Assembly: GCA_963840385.1 (NCBI GenBank)
Contig: CAWIYS010000001.1
Coordinates: 239,411 to 303,410, forward strand
Length of the DNA stretch: 64,000 bases
Direction of reading: 5' to 3'
Source of the DNA: an uncultured Chloroflexia bacterium
GTDB taxonomy: Bacteria > Chloroflexota > Dehalococcoidia > DSTF01 > JACRBR01
A program made the translations under genes and the position numbers. This document shows, piece by piece, positions 29,463-40,957 of this stretch (positions within the stretch are counted from its first letter, which is position 1; every line of letters starts with the position of its first letter). The notes beneath the pieces were generated by a model. That model did not search any database. It worked only from the letters and a program-made list of their open reading frames with translations, and was not told where the DNA came from.

Positions 29463-30572
29463 CTAGCGGCCGGCCGTCGTTTCGCGCGCCCGGACGTAGT
29501 TCATGCGCCCGACCTGCCGCACCAGCCCCTTCAGTTCGAGCATCGCGAGCGCGCTCGTCACGGCCGCGACGGGCAGCCCCGACTCGCGCCGCAGCTCGTC
29601 GATGTGCGCCGGCTCGGCGGTCAGTAGCCGCAGCACGACGCTCTCCGTCTCGTCGGCCGGGATGATCTCGGTCATCTCGATCTGGTGCGACGCCATGCTG
29701 AGGTTCAGCTCGGCCAGCACGTCCTCGACGGTGAGCGTGAGCTTCGCCTCGCCGTCCTGGATCAGCTTGTTCGTGCCTCGCGAGTTCGGCGAGTAGATGC
29801 TGCCCGGTACGGCGAAGACCTCGCGGTTCTGCTCGAGCGCCTGTCGCGCGGTGATCAGCGCGCCGCTCTTCACGTCCCCCTCGACGACGAGGACGCCCAG
29901 GGAGATGCCGCTCAGGATGCGGTTCCGCCGCGGGAAGAACTCGCTGCGTGGCTGCGTGCCGAGCGCGTAGTCGCTGATCAGCGCGCCCTGCTCGACGATC
30001 TGCTCGGCCAGCTGCTTGTGCTCGGGCGGGTAGACCATATCGAGGCCGCAGGCCAGCACGCCGACCGTGCGCCCTCCCGCCTCGAGCGCCGCCCGGTGCG
30101 CGATCGCGTCGACGCCGCGCGCGAGGCCGCTGACGACGGTGATGCGGCTCGCCGCCAGCCCGCGCGCCATCTCATCGGCGACTTGCCGGCCGTACACGCT
30201 GACCCGGCGCGTGCCGACGACGGCCACGGCCCACTCGTCGGCCGGCTGGAGCGTCCCGCGGACGTACAGCACCGGCGGCCGGTCGTAGACCTCGAGCAGT
30301 TGCCGCGGGTATGCATCGTCGTGCCACGTGAGCGCGGTCACGCCGTGCTGCGCCAGCCGCTCCAGCTCGGCGTCGGGATCGACGGAGTCGCGGGCGGCCA
30401 CACACGCCGACACGGTCGCCGGGTCGAGCCCCGCTGCCTTCAGCTCGCTGGCTGTGGCGCGCCACGCCTCCTCCAGCTGGCCGAAGTGCTCCTCGAGCTG
30501 CGCGACGCGCACCCGCCCGACGCGCGGCACCTTGCTGAAGGCAATCCAGTACTTACGTTCTACATCGTCCAC
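29463..30572 (-). CDS. dprA: DNA-processing protein DprA/Smf
   Basis: Rossmann-like GLARGVDAIAHRAALEAGGRTVGVLACGLD. The gene lies upstream of topA, which is conserved synteny. Confidence 0.85.
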   Translation of the reverse strand: MDDVERKYWIAFSKVPRVGRVRVAQLEEHFGQLEEAWRATASELKAAGLDPATVSACVAARDSVDPDAELERLAQHGVTALTWHDDAYPRQLLEVYDRPPVLYVRGTLQPADEWAVAVVGTRRVSVYGRQVADEMARGLAASRITVVSGLARGVDAIAHRAALEAGGRTVGVLACGLDMVYPPEHKQLAEQIVEQGALISDYALGTQPRSEFFPRRNRILSGISLGVLVVEGDVKSGALITARQALEQNREVFAVPGSIYSPNSRGTNKLIQDGEAKLTLTVEDVLAELNLSMASHQIEMTEIIPADETESVVLRLLTAEPAHIDELRRESGLPVAAVTSALAMLELKGLVRQVGRMNYVRARETTAGR

Positions 30573-30604
30573 ACGGCCACTATAGGCTCCAAACGAGCGA
30601 CTGG

Positions 30605-32206
30605 CTAGGGGGTAAGGTCACCCGTGGCCGACCGGACGGCCGGTGCTTCGGGCGAGAGCCGTCCGCTGGCGCTGCCGAGCCGGTACAGCCGCCAGTCGCC
30701 CTGCGCCCGCAACAGCGCGTAGCGCGCATCGATGAAGCCGTCCAACTCGGGGAACGGGGCATACGCCGCGTCGGAAACGACGATGTACACCGGCGGCCGC
30801 GCCTCGAGGTCTCGCATGATGTCCGGCTTGGCGTCCGGGATCAACTCGGCCAAGAACGACGAGTAGTACCGGGACGGGTTCGAGTAGCCGCCCGCCGCAT
30901 ACACCCACGGCAGCTCGCCCCAGGCGAACATCGAATCCCCCGCGCCGTCTTGCCGCGTGTACGAGACGATGTCGTTGACGGCGAGGACCTTGCCGTCGAA
31001 GCGGTACTCGTAGTCGAGGTCGCTCATCGTCCCCCACTGGTGGTTCACGAAGGTGCGGTAGTAGCGCACCGGGTTGACCTGCTTGCGGACGCGAAACTCC
31101 GGCCCGAAGCGGCCGACGACGATCGCCGCCACGAGCACGCCCGCCACGGCAAGCAGCGTCCGCGAGAGGCCGTCGCGCTCCCATCGCAGCGGGTTCGATG
31201 CGACGACGAGCGCGCACGCAGGCGCCGCCTGCTGCAGGTAGTGCGGGAACGGGAACGTGCTCGATGTCGCGCCCGAGAACGTGAACCCGAGCCACACGAC
31301 CGGTAGCGCGCCGAGCGTCACTTCTTGGCCGAGCTGGCGCCGCCGCACGAGCCACGCGAGCGCCATGAGCGGAGGCAGGTATCCGGCGAGGCGCAGGAAT
31401 GGCGTCTCGGATGGAGCCCACTCCGAGTAGACGCGGAGCGAACCAGCGATCGCGTACCAGTACTGAGAGAACGCGCCGTCCGCGACGAACAGCGCGCTCC
31501 AAAGGATTTGCGGCGCGACGAACCCGCCGGCCAGCGCCAACAACCTCCCCCTCGGATGCTCGTGCATCGCCAGCACCATCACGGCGACCGCCGCGAGGTC
31601 GAACACGGCCACCTGCTTGAACCCCGCGGCGATGCCGAACATCGCGCCGGAGGCGAGGTAGCCGGCGACGCGCCGCTCCTCCGCACCGCGCTCGGCTAGC
31701 ACGAACGCCAGCACGCCGAGCGACGTTGGCAGGATCATGAACGTCTCGGTGAGCGCGAGGTTTCCTTCGATCACGGGCGTGCCCATCGCGAACGCGAACA
31801 GCACGCCGGCCACGAGCGCGCCCCGCCGGCCGACGAGTTGTGCCGCAATGGCGATCACCGTCGCCTGCGTGGCAAGGACGCTGATCGTGGCCCACATGTG
31901 CAGCGCGAACACGCTCGAGCCGAACGTCGACTGGATCGCGGCGTACGTGAAGAAGATCAGCGGCGGCTTGTTGTCCCACGCCTGCGCGTAGAGCGTCCGC
32001 CCCTCGCGGACGTTCGTCGCCACGCCGGCGAAGATGCCCTCGTCGCCGTACCAGCGCGGCTCGAACAGCGACGCGTAGCGCAGCGCGAAAGCGAACGCGA
32101 GCGTCGCCGCGGCCAGCGCCAGGAACAGCCATCGCCCCTCGTGGCGGGCGGAGGAAGCTTGCATGTGGATTATCATATCGCGCTGTGCGTCGCCCGGTCG
32201 GCGCAC
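30605..32206 (-). CDS. ArnT/PMT-like (GT39/GT83-type) polytopic membrane glycosyltransferase
   Basis: More than 10 TM helices. The N-terminal loop motif is ...YGDEGIFAGVA..WDNKPPLIFF. The start is uncertain (GTG at 32206 or ATG at 32164). Confidence 0.65.
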   Translation of the reverse strand: MRRPGDAQRDMIIHMQASSARHEGRWLFLALAAATLAFAFALRYASLFEPRWYGDEGIFAGVATNVREGRTLYAQAWDNKPPLIFFTYAAIQSTFGSSVFALHMWATISVLATQATVIAIAAQLVGRRGALVAGVLFAFAMGTPVIEGNLALTETFMILPTSLGVLAFVLAERGAEERRVAGYLASGAMFGIAAGFKQVAVFDLAAVAVMVLAMHEHPRGRLLALAGGFVAPQILWSALFVADGAFSQYWYAIAGSLRVYSEWAPSETPFLRLAGYLPPLMALAWLVRRRQLGQEVTLGALPVVWLGFTFSGATSSTFPFPHYLQQAAPACALVVASNPLRWERDGLSRTLLAVAGVLVAAIVVGRFGPEFRVRKQVNPVRYYRTFVNHQWGTMSDLDYEYRFDGKVLAVNDIVSYTRQDGAGDSMFAWGELPWVYAAGGYSNPSRYYSSFLAELIPDAKPDIMRDLEARPPVYIVVSDAAYAPFPELDGFIDARYALLRAQGDWRLYRLGSASGRLSPEAPAVRSATGDLTP

Positions 32207-32268
32207 GTACGGTTGCCGCAGACCATCGACCGATGTCAGAGACGTGGCAGGACGAGCGGTCGCAATCT

Positions 32269-32294
32269 GTAGCGGGGCTTTTCAGCCCGCGCGG
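32269..32294. repeat. REP-like GC-rich hairpin, family member
   Basis: GTAGCGGGGCTTTTCAGCCCGCGCGG; the same hairpin recurs at 39374, 41838 (x4), 46171 and 57974. Confidence 0.6.
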
Positions 32295-32361
32295 AGCACC
32301 GTCACGGCGAGATGTGGTCGTGTTACCGTAGGGGCCCGGCCCGCTGCGCCCGCGCCAGCCA

Positions 32362-33625
32362 TCACCCGTTCGCGGGGTCGCCCGCATGCTCGACGACGCG
32401 CGTCGCCCGCACCTTCTTGATGCGCCGGCCGAGCACGCTCAGCACGCGCAGCGTCAGCCCGTCGACGCGCACCTCGTCCCCGGCGATCGGCACCTTGCCG
32501 AGGTGGTGGTAGACGAAGCCGCCGATCGTGTCGTAGTCCTGGTCTTCCTCGTCGGGTTCGTACCCGAACAGTTCGGACAGCGCGTCGATGCTCACGCGCG
32601 CGTCGAGGATGGCCTCGGTGTCGGTGACGCGCTCGATCGGCGCCTCCTCGCGGTCGTACTCATCCTGGATTTCGCCGACGATCTCCTCGAGCAGGTCCTC
32701 GATCGTGACGAGACCCGCCGTGCCGCCGTACTCGTCGACGACGATGGCGATGTGCACCTTGCTCTGCCGCAGCTCGGCCAGCAGGTCGTCGACGCGCTTG
32801 GTCTCCGGGATGAAGTAGGGCGGCCGCGCGATTTCGGTGAGCGCCGGCCGCCGGTTCTCGGTGATGCAGCGCAGCAGGTCCTTCGCGTAGATGATGCCGA
32901 CGATGTTGTCGACGGTGCCGTCGTACAGCGGGATGCGGCTGAACCCCTTCTCGACGATCAGCTTCAGCGCGTCGTCGATCGTGTCCTGCGCGTCCAGCGC
33001 GACGATGTCGATGCGCGGCGCCATGATCTCGCGCGCCGTCGTCTCGTCCATCTCGATGATGCCGCGGATCATCTGCCGCTCGTCTTCTTCGATCGGCTCG
33101 CCGTCCGTCTCGATGTTGGCCAGCCGAAGCAGTTCCTCCGTATCGTCGTCCGCCCGCGCCGCTTGCCCGTTGCGTGGCACGACGCCGGCGATGCCGCGGT
33201 TGATCGACCAGGCGAGCGGCCCGAACACGGTACGGAAGAACCGGATGAGCGGCAGCAGGCGCACGCCCCACGGCTCGGGGTGCCGCGCGACAGCGAGCCG
33301 CGACACTGCATCGAGCAGCATCACCGCGACGAGCGCCGATGCGCCGCCGGCCACGAGCGCGACCCACGTGTGGCCGGTCTCGCGCGTGATCAGGAAGATG
33401 CCGAGCGCCGTCGCCAGCACGACCGCGGCGTTGCGAGCCACCGACAACGCGCCGAGCGTCGACGCGCGCTCGTCGATGTACGTGTGCAGGATCTCCGCCC
33501 GCCGGCACGCCCCGGCCGGCCATCGCCCGCAGGCGCACGCGGCTCGCCGAGGCCACGCCCGCCTCGGCGGCGGCAACGAGTGCGACGAGCACGAGCGCCA
33601 CCGCGAGCAGGATGATGCCCAGCAC
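32362..33625 (-). CDS. CNNM/CorC/HlyC-family (DUF21-CBS-CorC) membrane protein, frameshifted near 33500
   Basis: GTG start gives [23 protein letters not shown] (DUF21). The CBS pair and the CorC_HlyC C-terminus are in the other frame. Confidence 0.7.
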
Positions 33626-33629
33626 GGCG

Positions 33630-35030
33630 TCAGTGTCCAGGGGTCGACTCCTCGTGGCCGTCGTCGGCCTGCCGGCTGCGGATACGCGCCGGCGCGCCGA
33701 TCGCGATCATGCCGTCGGGCACGTCGCGGTTGACGACCGAGCCGGCGCTCGTCGCCGCGCCGCGGCCGATGTTGACCGGCGCCACGAGCATCGTGTCGCT
33801 GCCGATGAAGGCGCCGTCGCCGATCGTCGTGCGGTGCTTCGAGACGCCGTCGTAGTTCGCGGTGATCGTGCCCGCGCCGATGTTGACGTCCTCCCCGACG
33901 TCCGCGTCGCCCACGTAGCTGAAGTGCCCCATCTTCGTGTTGCGGCCCAGCCGCGACGACTTCACCTCCGCGAAGTTGCCGATGTGCACGCCCTGGCCGA
34001 TGCGCGAGCCGGGCCGCAGGTGGCTGTACGGCCCCATGTCGACGTCGGCCTCCAGTTCCGACTCCTCGATCATCGAGTAGCGCACGACGCAGCGGTCGCC
34101 GATGCGCGAGTCGCGGATGTGGCTGCCGGGGCCGATGACGCAGCCCGTGCCGATCGCCGTCGCGCCCTCGAGGTGCGTGTTCGGCGCGATCGTCGTGTCC
34201 GGCGCGATCGTCACGTGCGGCGTCGATGAACGTCGACGGCGGGTCGACGATCGTGACGCCGGCGAGCATGTGGCGGCGGCGGATGCGGTCGCGCACCGTC
34301 GCCTCGGCCTCGCGCCAGCTGCGCGCGGTCGTTGATGCCGCGGATCTCGGCCGTCTCGTCGGCGACGACGGCGACGGCCGGGTTGCCCTCGTCGAACGCC
34401 ATCGCCGCCAGCTGCGTCAGGTAGCGCTCGCCGTTCGGCGCCGGTGCGATGCGCTCGACGTGCGGCCAGAGCCACTCTGCGCGCACGGCGTACTGGCCGG
34501 AGTTGATCGGCCGCGGCTCCGTGCGATCGATCTCCGCCGTCTCCTTCGTCTCGGCGATGCAGCGCACGCGGTCGCCGTCCAACTCGATGTAGCCGTACGC
34601 CTCGACCGGCGCGATCGCCGTCAGCAGCGCGAGGTCGGGCGAGGCGCTGCGCTCGCCCGAAACGGCGGCCATCAGCCGGCGCAGCGTCGACGGCAGCACG
34701 AGCGGCACGTCGCCGTTCATGATCAGAGATGTACGGCGCGTCGCCGGCCGCCTCCCGCGCGCACGCGACGGCATGCCCGGTGCCCAGCGGCTCGGCCTGC
34801 ACGGCGAACCGCACGCCCTCGCCGGCCGCGTCGCGCACGGCGTCCGCCGCGGCGCCTTCGCCCACGACGACGATGCACTCGTCGACGCCCGCCTCCAGCG
34901 CGGCATCGATCACGTGGCGGACGATCGGCTTGCCAGCGAGAGGGTGCGCCACCTTCGGCAGCGCCGAGCGCATGCGCGTGCCCTGTCCGGCGGCCATGAC
35001 GATGGCCACCCAGCTGGGCTTCACCTGCAT
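33630..35030 (-). CDS. glmU: bifunctional UDP-GlcNAc pyrophosphorylase/GlcN-1-P acetyltransferase, split over at least two frames
   Basis: N-terminus MQVKPSWVAIVMAAGQGTRMRS and the C-terminal left-handed beta-helix hexapeptide repeats. The middle part is in the 34211-34906 frame. Confidence 0.75.
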   Translation of the reverse strand: MQVKPSWVAIVMAAGQGTRMRSALPKVAHPLAGKPIVRHVIDAALEAGVDECIVVVGEGAAADAVRDAAGEGVRFAVQAEPLGTGHAVACAREAAGDAPYISDHERRRAARAAVDAAPADGRRFGRAQRLARPRAADGDRAGRGVRLHRVGRRPRALHRRDEGDGGDRSHGAAADQLRPVRRARRVALAARRAHRTGAERRALPDAAGGDGVRRGQPGRRRRRRRDGRDPRHQRPRAAGARPRRRCATASAAATCSPASRSSTRRRRSSTPHVTIAPDTTIAPNTHLEGATAIGTGCVIGPGSHIRDSRIGDRCVVRYSMIEESELEADVDMGPYSHLRPGSRIGQGVHIGNFAEVKSSRLGRNTKMGHFSYVGDADVGEDVNIGAGTITANYDGVSKHRTTIGDGAFIGSDTMLVAPVNIGRGAATSAGSVVNRDVPDGMIAIGAPARIRSRQADDGHEESTPGH

Positions 35031-35175
35031 CGTGGAATCGTGGGGAGGTTCGTCTGAATCTTTTTTCAACGTTGTGGCCGGGCCAGTCCGCTACGCGCGG
35101 GACATAATCGTCCGGTCGACGGATCGTATCGGCGGCAGTTGAAAGCTGTCAAGCATCGAAGCAGTATCCGGGGTG

Positions 35176-36437
35176 TCACGGCTGCGGCGCCGGCCATCGC
35201 CACGCGACCGCTGCGAACGCCCCCGCGACGAGAAGCGCCATCGGCGCGAAGCCGAGCGCCGTGCTGAGCCAGCCCGCGAACAGCGCCGCATACGCCGCCA
35301 GCAGCAGCGCCACGATGGTCGACTGCCGCTCGAAGCCGCGCGCCGCTTCGTCGCCCGGCGGGAAGAGGCCGCGCAGCGCGATCGCCGCCGGGATGAACAG
35401 GAGCATCAGGCTCTGCGTGTGCAGGTGCGGTGACACGAGCAGCGGGATGATCACCGCCAGCGCGTACGACTGGTCGGCGGCGATGCGCCCGTCCTGCGCC
35501 AGCTGCCAGCGCCGCCCGGCGACGACGTACGCCGCCCGCCGCCAGCACCAGCATCGCCGGCAACCACGCCGCCGTCGCGTCGCGACCGATGACGCTGACG
35601 ATGAGGCCGCGCAGGTTCGACATGCGATCAGCGTTGACGCGCAGGTCGTCGCCCGCGCCGGGATAGTGCCACACGAAGCGCACGTTGTCGGCCAGCTCGC
35701 CCGGATGCGAGAGCAGCGCAGGCAGCACGAGCAGCACCGCACCCGCGACCGACAGCGCCGCTAGCGTGCGCCACTGCCGCCAGAACAGCAGCATCGGCAC
35801 GACGCCGACGAGAAACTGCGGCTTCAGCAGCACCGCCGCCAGCACGACGCCGGCCGCGACCTCGCGATCGCGCCGCAGCAGCTGGTAGCCGCCGAACAGC
35901 GCCGCGAAGATGATGAAATCGACCTGCCCGAAGACCAGGTTCGCGACAACAGGCATCGAGCAGGCGAACACGGCGAGGAAGGTGCGCCTCGGCAACCGCG
36001 GCACGAGCGCCAGGTGCCGCTCGAGTGCGACGACGAGTGCCGCCAGCATGGCCACGTTCGCGCACAACCACAGCACGTACGCCGCCGCGAACGGCAGCCT
36101 CGAGATCGGCGCGAAGAACCACGCGGCGAACAGCGGCAGTGGGTAGCCCGTCGCTCGATCGAGCTCGCCGGGATAGACCGCGTGCTGGACGAACGACTGC
36201 ACCGAGGCGTTGTACAGCCCGTCGGTCATGCCGTGCCGCACGATGTAGCCGGCCGCGTAGGAAGCTCAGGAAGTCGCCGCCAGCGCCGCCGCTGCCCGTC
36301 ACGACGCGCACGATGCCCGCGATTGCGACGACAAGCGTCGCCACGAACGCAACGATCGCCAGGCTGCCCGCAACCGCAAGCGCGGGCGGCACGCCGTTCG
36401 CCGGGCGCGCGGGATTGAAGGCGTCGAGACGTGCCAT
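35176..36437 (-). CDS. GT87/DUF2029-like polytopic membrane glycosyltransferase, split over three frames
   Basis: ATG at 36437 gives [33 protein letters not shown]-rich segments continue in the 35066-36241 and 35176-35742 frames. Confidence 0.5.
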
Positions 36438-36587
36438 CGTAGAAGTATCGGCGGAGCGGGAAGCGGCACGCAGGAAGCGGGAAACGGGAAGCGAGATGGC
36501 CGTGCAATGGGTGTCAGCACCCGGCCCGCGTCTTCCCGCTTCCCTCATCTCGCTTCCTGCTTCCATGGTCTCCCAATACAATGCCGC

Positions 36588-39310
36588 CATGAATTCCGAC
36601 CAGATTCGCGAGACGTTCATCCGGTTCTACGTCGAAAACGGCCACCTGCAGATTCCCAGCGCCTCGCTGGTGCCGCATGGCGACCCGACGCTGCTCTTCA
36701 CGAGCGCCGGCATGGTGCCGTTCAAGCCGTACTTCATGGGCCTCGCCGAAGCGCCCTCGAAGCGGATGGTCACCGTCCAGAAGTGCTTCCGGACCACCGA
36801 CATCGACTCCGTCGGCGACTACAGCCACCTGACGTTCTTCGAGATGCTGGGCAATTTCAGCGTCGGCGACTACTTCAAGGAGGGCGCCATCGCCTTCGCC
36901 TGGGAGCTGCTCACCCAGCACTTCAAGCTGCCGAAGGAGTCGCTCTGGATCTCGATCTTCGAGACCGACGACGAGGCCCACGACCTCTGGCGGGCCATCG
37001 GCGTGCCCGAGGAGCGCATCAATCGCTACTCCGAGGAGCACAACTACTGGTTCAGCGGCGACGTCGGCCCCTGCGGCCCGAACAGCGAGATCTTCGTCGA
37101 CCGCGGCCCCCGCGACACGTGCGAGTTCTGCCGCGCCGGCCGCTGCAAGCCCAACCTCGAGCCCGACTGCGGCCGCTTCCTCGAGATCTGGAACCTCGTC
37201 TTCATGACGCTCTACCAGGCCGAGGACGGCACCCGCACCGAGCTGCCGCGCAAGAACATCGACACCGGCTCCGGCCTCGAGCGCATGGCCTGCTTCCTGC
37301 AGGGCAAGGAGACCGTCTACGAGACCGACGTCTTCCGCGAGATCATCGCCCGCGTCGAAGCCGTGCTCCGGCAAGAGAGTACGGTGGGAGGACGAGGCGA
37401 TCGACGTGGCGATCCGCATCGTCGCCGAGCACACGCGGGCGTGCGTCGTTCCTCATCACGGATGGCGTGCTGCCGTCGAACGAGGGGCGCGGCTACGTGC
37501 TGCGCCGCATCCTGCGGCGCGCCGTGTACCACCTGACGCAGCTGGCCTGGCGACAGCGAGATCGACCTGCTCGACAAGGTGGCCGAGGCCGTCATCGCGA
37601 AGATGGAGCGCGCGCACCCCGACCTCGCGCGATCGCGCCGAGTTCGTCACGCGCCTGCTCGCCGCCGAAGGAAGTTCGAAGTTCCGCGAGACGCTTGGAG
37701 CGCGGGCGATCGGGGACGGAACCTCGGCGGCATCCTTGAGGATGATCGCGCGTCAGAACGAAGAAGCGTGGCGTCGCGCGGCGCGCAGGACGTTCCGACC
37801 TGCTCTACGACACGTACGGCTTCCCGCTCGAACTGACGCAGGAGATCGCGCAACACGAAGGCTTCGCTGTCGACCTCGACAGGCTTCGAGCGCGAGATGG
37901 CGGCGCAGCGCGAGCGCGGCCGCGCCGCCGCGAAGTTCGACATCGAGGCGGATCGCGTCGAGGCGTATACGCAGCTGGCGCACATCCGCTCGCGCTTCGT
38001 TGGCTACGCCGCGACGCGGCACGACACCACCGTTGCCGCGATCATCGGCCCGGCAGGCGTCCAGGACGCCGCGGCCGAGGGCGACGACGTCGAGATCGTG
38101 CTGATCGAGACTCCGTTCTATCCCGAGGGCGGCGGCCAGGTCGGTGACATCGGCGAGATCGCGTCGCCGGCGGCGACCGTCCGCGTCGACGACACACAGT
38201 CGCCCGCCGAGGGCCTGATCGTGCATCGCGGCACCGTCGTCGGAGGCCGCATCGCCGTCAACGATGCGGTCACCGCCGCCGTCGACGAGCGCAACCGGCG
38301 CGCCAGCCAGCGCAACCACACCGCCACGCACCTGCTTCACGCGGCGCTGCGCCAGGTGCTCGGCACGCACGTCAAGCAGGCGGGGTCGCTCGTCGCGCCC
38401 GACCGGCTGCGCTTCGACTTCACACACATCGAGGCGACGAAGCCGGACGAGCTGGCGGCGGTGCAGCGGCTGGTCAACGAGAAGATCCGCGAGGACATCG
38501 ACGTCCACTGGGAGGAGCAGTCCTACGACGACGCGCTCGCGAGCGGCGCGATGGCGCTCTTCGGCGAGAAGTATCAGGCGAAGGTGCGCGTCGTCGGCAT
38601 CTGCGAGCCACCGTCCGCCGATGCGCACCACCAGGAGCCACGCTGCTTCAGCAAGGAGCTGTGCGGCGGCACGCACTGCGGCCGGACGGGCGAGATCGGC
38701 ACCTTCGTCATCGCCAGCGAGAGCAGCGTCGGCTCTGGCCTGCGCCGCATCGAAGCGCTGACCGGCGCGCTCGCCGACGCCTTCGTGCTCGAGCAGCAGG
38801 CGGTCGTCGAGCCGGCTCGGCAAGCGTCTCAACGCGCCGACCGCCGAGCTGGAGGAGCGCATCGAGGCGCTGCAGGCCGAGCTCGACGCGGAACGCCGCC
38901 GCGCCCAGCAGCTCGAACGGCAGGCCGGCCGCGCCGAGGCGGGATCGCTCGTCGATGCGGCGGAGGACGTCGGCGGCGTGTCGCTGGTCGTCGCGCGCGT
39001 GCCGGCCGCGAACATCGAGGCGATGCGCGAGATCACGGACACGCTGCGCGACAAGCTCAAGAGCGCCGTCGTCGTGCTCGGCGCCGTCGTCAACGAGCGG
39101 CCGCTGTTCCTCGCGATGGTCACGCCCGACCTGACGGGCCGCGTCCACGCCGGCAACCTGCTGCGCGAGGTGGCGGCCGTCGCCGGCGGCGGCGGCGGTG
39201 GCCGGCCCGACATGGCGCAGGCCGGCGGCAAGGACGCCTCGAAGCTCGATGCGGCGCTCGAGACCGCGCGCACCGCCGCGCGCCGCCTGCTCGGTGAGGC
39301 CCACGGATGA
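36588..39310 (+). CDS. alaS: alanine--tRNA ligase, split over at least four frames
   Basis: N-terminus [23 protein letters not shown]...[13 protein letters not shown], the editing-domain motif [11 protein letters not shown], and the C-terminus ...[34 protein letters not shown]. Frame breaks fall near 37380, 37440, 37550 and 38820. Confidence 0.85.
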
Positions 39311-39331
39311 CGGGCGACGCCGTCGCACGGG

Positions 39332-39400
39332 GCACAGCCGCCCCCGCCTGTGCGTTCTTCAGGACGCTTCCCCGTGGCGCGGGCTTTCAGCCCGCGCGAC
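39332..39400. repeat. Composite REP-like element: hairpin A-like (GCACAGCCG-CCCCC-GCCTGTGC) followed by hairpin B (GCGCGGGCT-TTC-AGCCCGCGC)
   Basis: It has the same two-hairpin A-then-B organisation as the 133-bp tandem unit at 41838-42340. Confidence 0.55.
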
Positions 39401-39413
39401 CCGGGGTACGGGC

Positions 39414-39881
39414 ATGACGCCTGGCGCCGGCGACCGGCCGCGCCGCATGCTCGGCCTCGACGTCGGCGATCGCCGCATTGGCGTCGCCGCGAGCGACGGC
39501 CAGCTCGCCGTGCCGCTCGCTATCATCGAACACGAGAACCGCAGCGCGGACCTCGATCGCGTCGCCGCGATCGCACACGAGCAGGAGGCACAGGCGATCG
39601 TCGTCGGGCTGCCGATCACCATGGCGGGTCAGGAGGGCGAGCAGGCGCGCAAGACGCGCCGCTTCGGCGATGCGCTCGCGCGCCGAGTCGACGTCCCCGT
39701 CATCTACCACGACGAGCGCATGTCGACGCTGCAGGTCGTCGGCGCGGCGGGCGCACGCGTCACCGGTGCCACGTCGGCGCGCAAACGACGCGAGAAGCCG
39801 CGCATCGATGACCTCGCCGCCGCCGTGATCCTCCAGAGCTACCTCGACACGCTCGCGCCGCCGCGGGAGCTGCCGTCGTGA
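39414..39881 (+). CDS. ruvX: Holliday junction resolvase-like YqgF/RuvX
   Basis: RMLGLDVGDRRIGVAASD motif. The stop overlaps the mltG start (GTGA). Confidence 0.75.
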   Translation: MTPGAGDRPRRMLGLDVGDRRIGVAASDGQLAVPLAIIEHENRSADLDRVAAIAHEQEAQAIVVGLPITMAGQEGEQARKTRRFGDALARRVDVPVIYHDERMSTLQVVGAAGARVTGATSARKRREKPRIDDLAAAVILQSYLDTLAPPRELPS

Positions 39882-40945
39882 TCGTCTATCGCGCCGTGTG
39901 GGTTGTGGCCGTGACGATTGCGCTGCTCGCCGCGGCCGGCGCCGGTTGGGTCATCGTGCAGACGCCCGGCACCGTCTTCAGCAACGAGAGCGAGCACGCC
40001 ATCCCGACGCAGACGGCGACGGGCGGCACCGTCTCGATCACCGTCGAGCAGGGCGAGAGCGCGCGCTCCATCGGCCACAAGCTCGCGGACCAGGGCGTCA
40101 TCCGCAGCAGCCGCCTGTTCGAGGTGCTGGTCGCGCTCACCGGCGTCCAGGACAAACTCGAAGCCGGCGACTACGAGTTCGAAACGGGCACGCCGGCGAT
40201 CGAAGCCGTCCACCGCATCGCCGAGGGCAAGACCGCCTCGCGCGACGTCGTCATCCCCGAGGGCCGCCGCGCCGAGGAGGTGGGCGAGATCCTCCAGCAG
40301 GCCGGTGTCGTCGACAAGCAGGCGTTTCTCGCTGCGCTCGTCAAGTCCCAGTACAACGAGCTGTTCCTCGCGCAGTCGTCGTCGACCGGCCTCGATGGCT
40401 TCCTCTTCCCGGCCAAGTACTCGTTCAGCCGCGGCGTCAACGCCAGCGATGTCGTCGACCGCATGCTGCAGGCATTCCAGGACCAGGTCGCGTCGCAGTT
40501 GCAGCTCGAGGGCCAGACGATGACGCTCGACCAGGTCGTCACGCTCGCATCGATCGTCGAACGCGAGGCGCAGGATCCGTCGGAGCGCCCGATCATCGCC
40601 AGTGTGTTCCTGAACCGGCTGCGTCTCGGCATCGCGCTCGAGGCCGACCCGACGGTGCAGTACGGGCTGACGCAGTTCTCGCTGAGCGTCGACGCGTACG
40701 GCTGGTGGAAGAAGGACCTGACTCTCGACGACCTGAAGGTGGATTCGCCGTACAATACGTACGTCCATCCCGGCCTGCCGCCCGGGCCGATCGCCAACCC
40801 GGGCCTCGACTCCATTCTCGCCGTGGTGCGGCCGGCGCGGACGAACTACCTCTTCTTCGTCGCGAAGAACGACGGCACCGGCCAGCACGCCTTCGCGGAG
40901 ACGCTCGAAGAGCACCTGGCGAACATCCAGAAGTACCAGCACTAG
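39878..40945 (+). CDS. mltG: endolytic murein transglycosylase MltG (YceG-like)
   Basis: An N-terminal TM anchor, and the YceG domain with ...IVEREAQ...LDSILAVVRPARTNYLFFVA. Confidence 0.85.
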   Translation: MIVYRAVWVVAVTIALLAAAGAGWVIVQTPGTVFSNESEHAIPTQTATGGTVSITVEQGESARSIGHKLADQGVIRSSRLFEVLVALTGVQDKLEAGDYEFETGTPAIEAVHRIAEGKTASRDVVIPEGRRAEEVGEILQQAGVVDKQAFLAALVKSQYNELFLAQSSSTGLDGFLFPAKYSFSRGVNASDVVDRMLQAFQDQVASQLQLEGQTMTLDQVVTLASIVEREAQDPSERPIIASVFLNRLRLGIALEADPTVQYGLTQFSLSVDAYGWWKKDLTLDDLKVDSPYNTYVHPGLPPGPIANPGLDSILAVVRPARTNYLFFVAKNDGTGQHAFAETLEEHLANIQKYQH

Positions 40946-40957
40946 AAGGACGATGCC

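Noticed and set aside
32386-33615. 409-aa + strand ORF
   Set aside because: It is antisense to the CNNM/CorC gene and has a low-complexity composition.
36588-39310. alaS and other split genes as true pseudogenes
   Set aside because: Too many essential genes are affected (alaS, pheT, aspS, glmU), and the sequence on both sides of every break is fully conserved. Assembly indels are far more likely.
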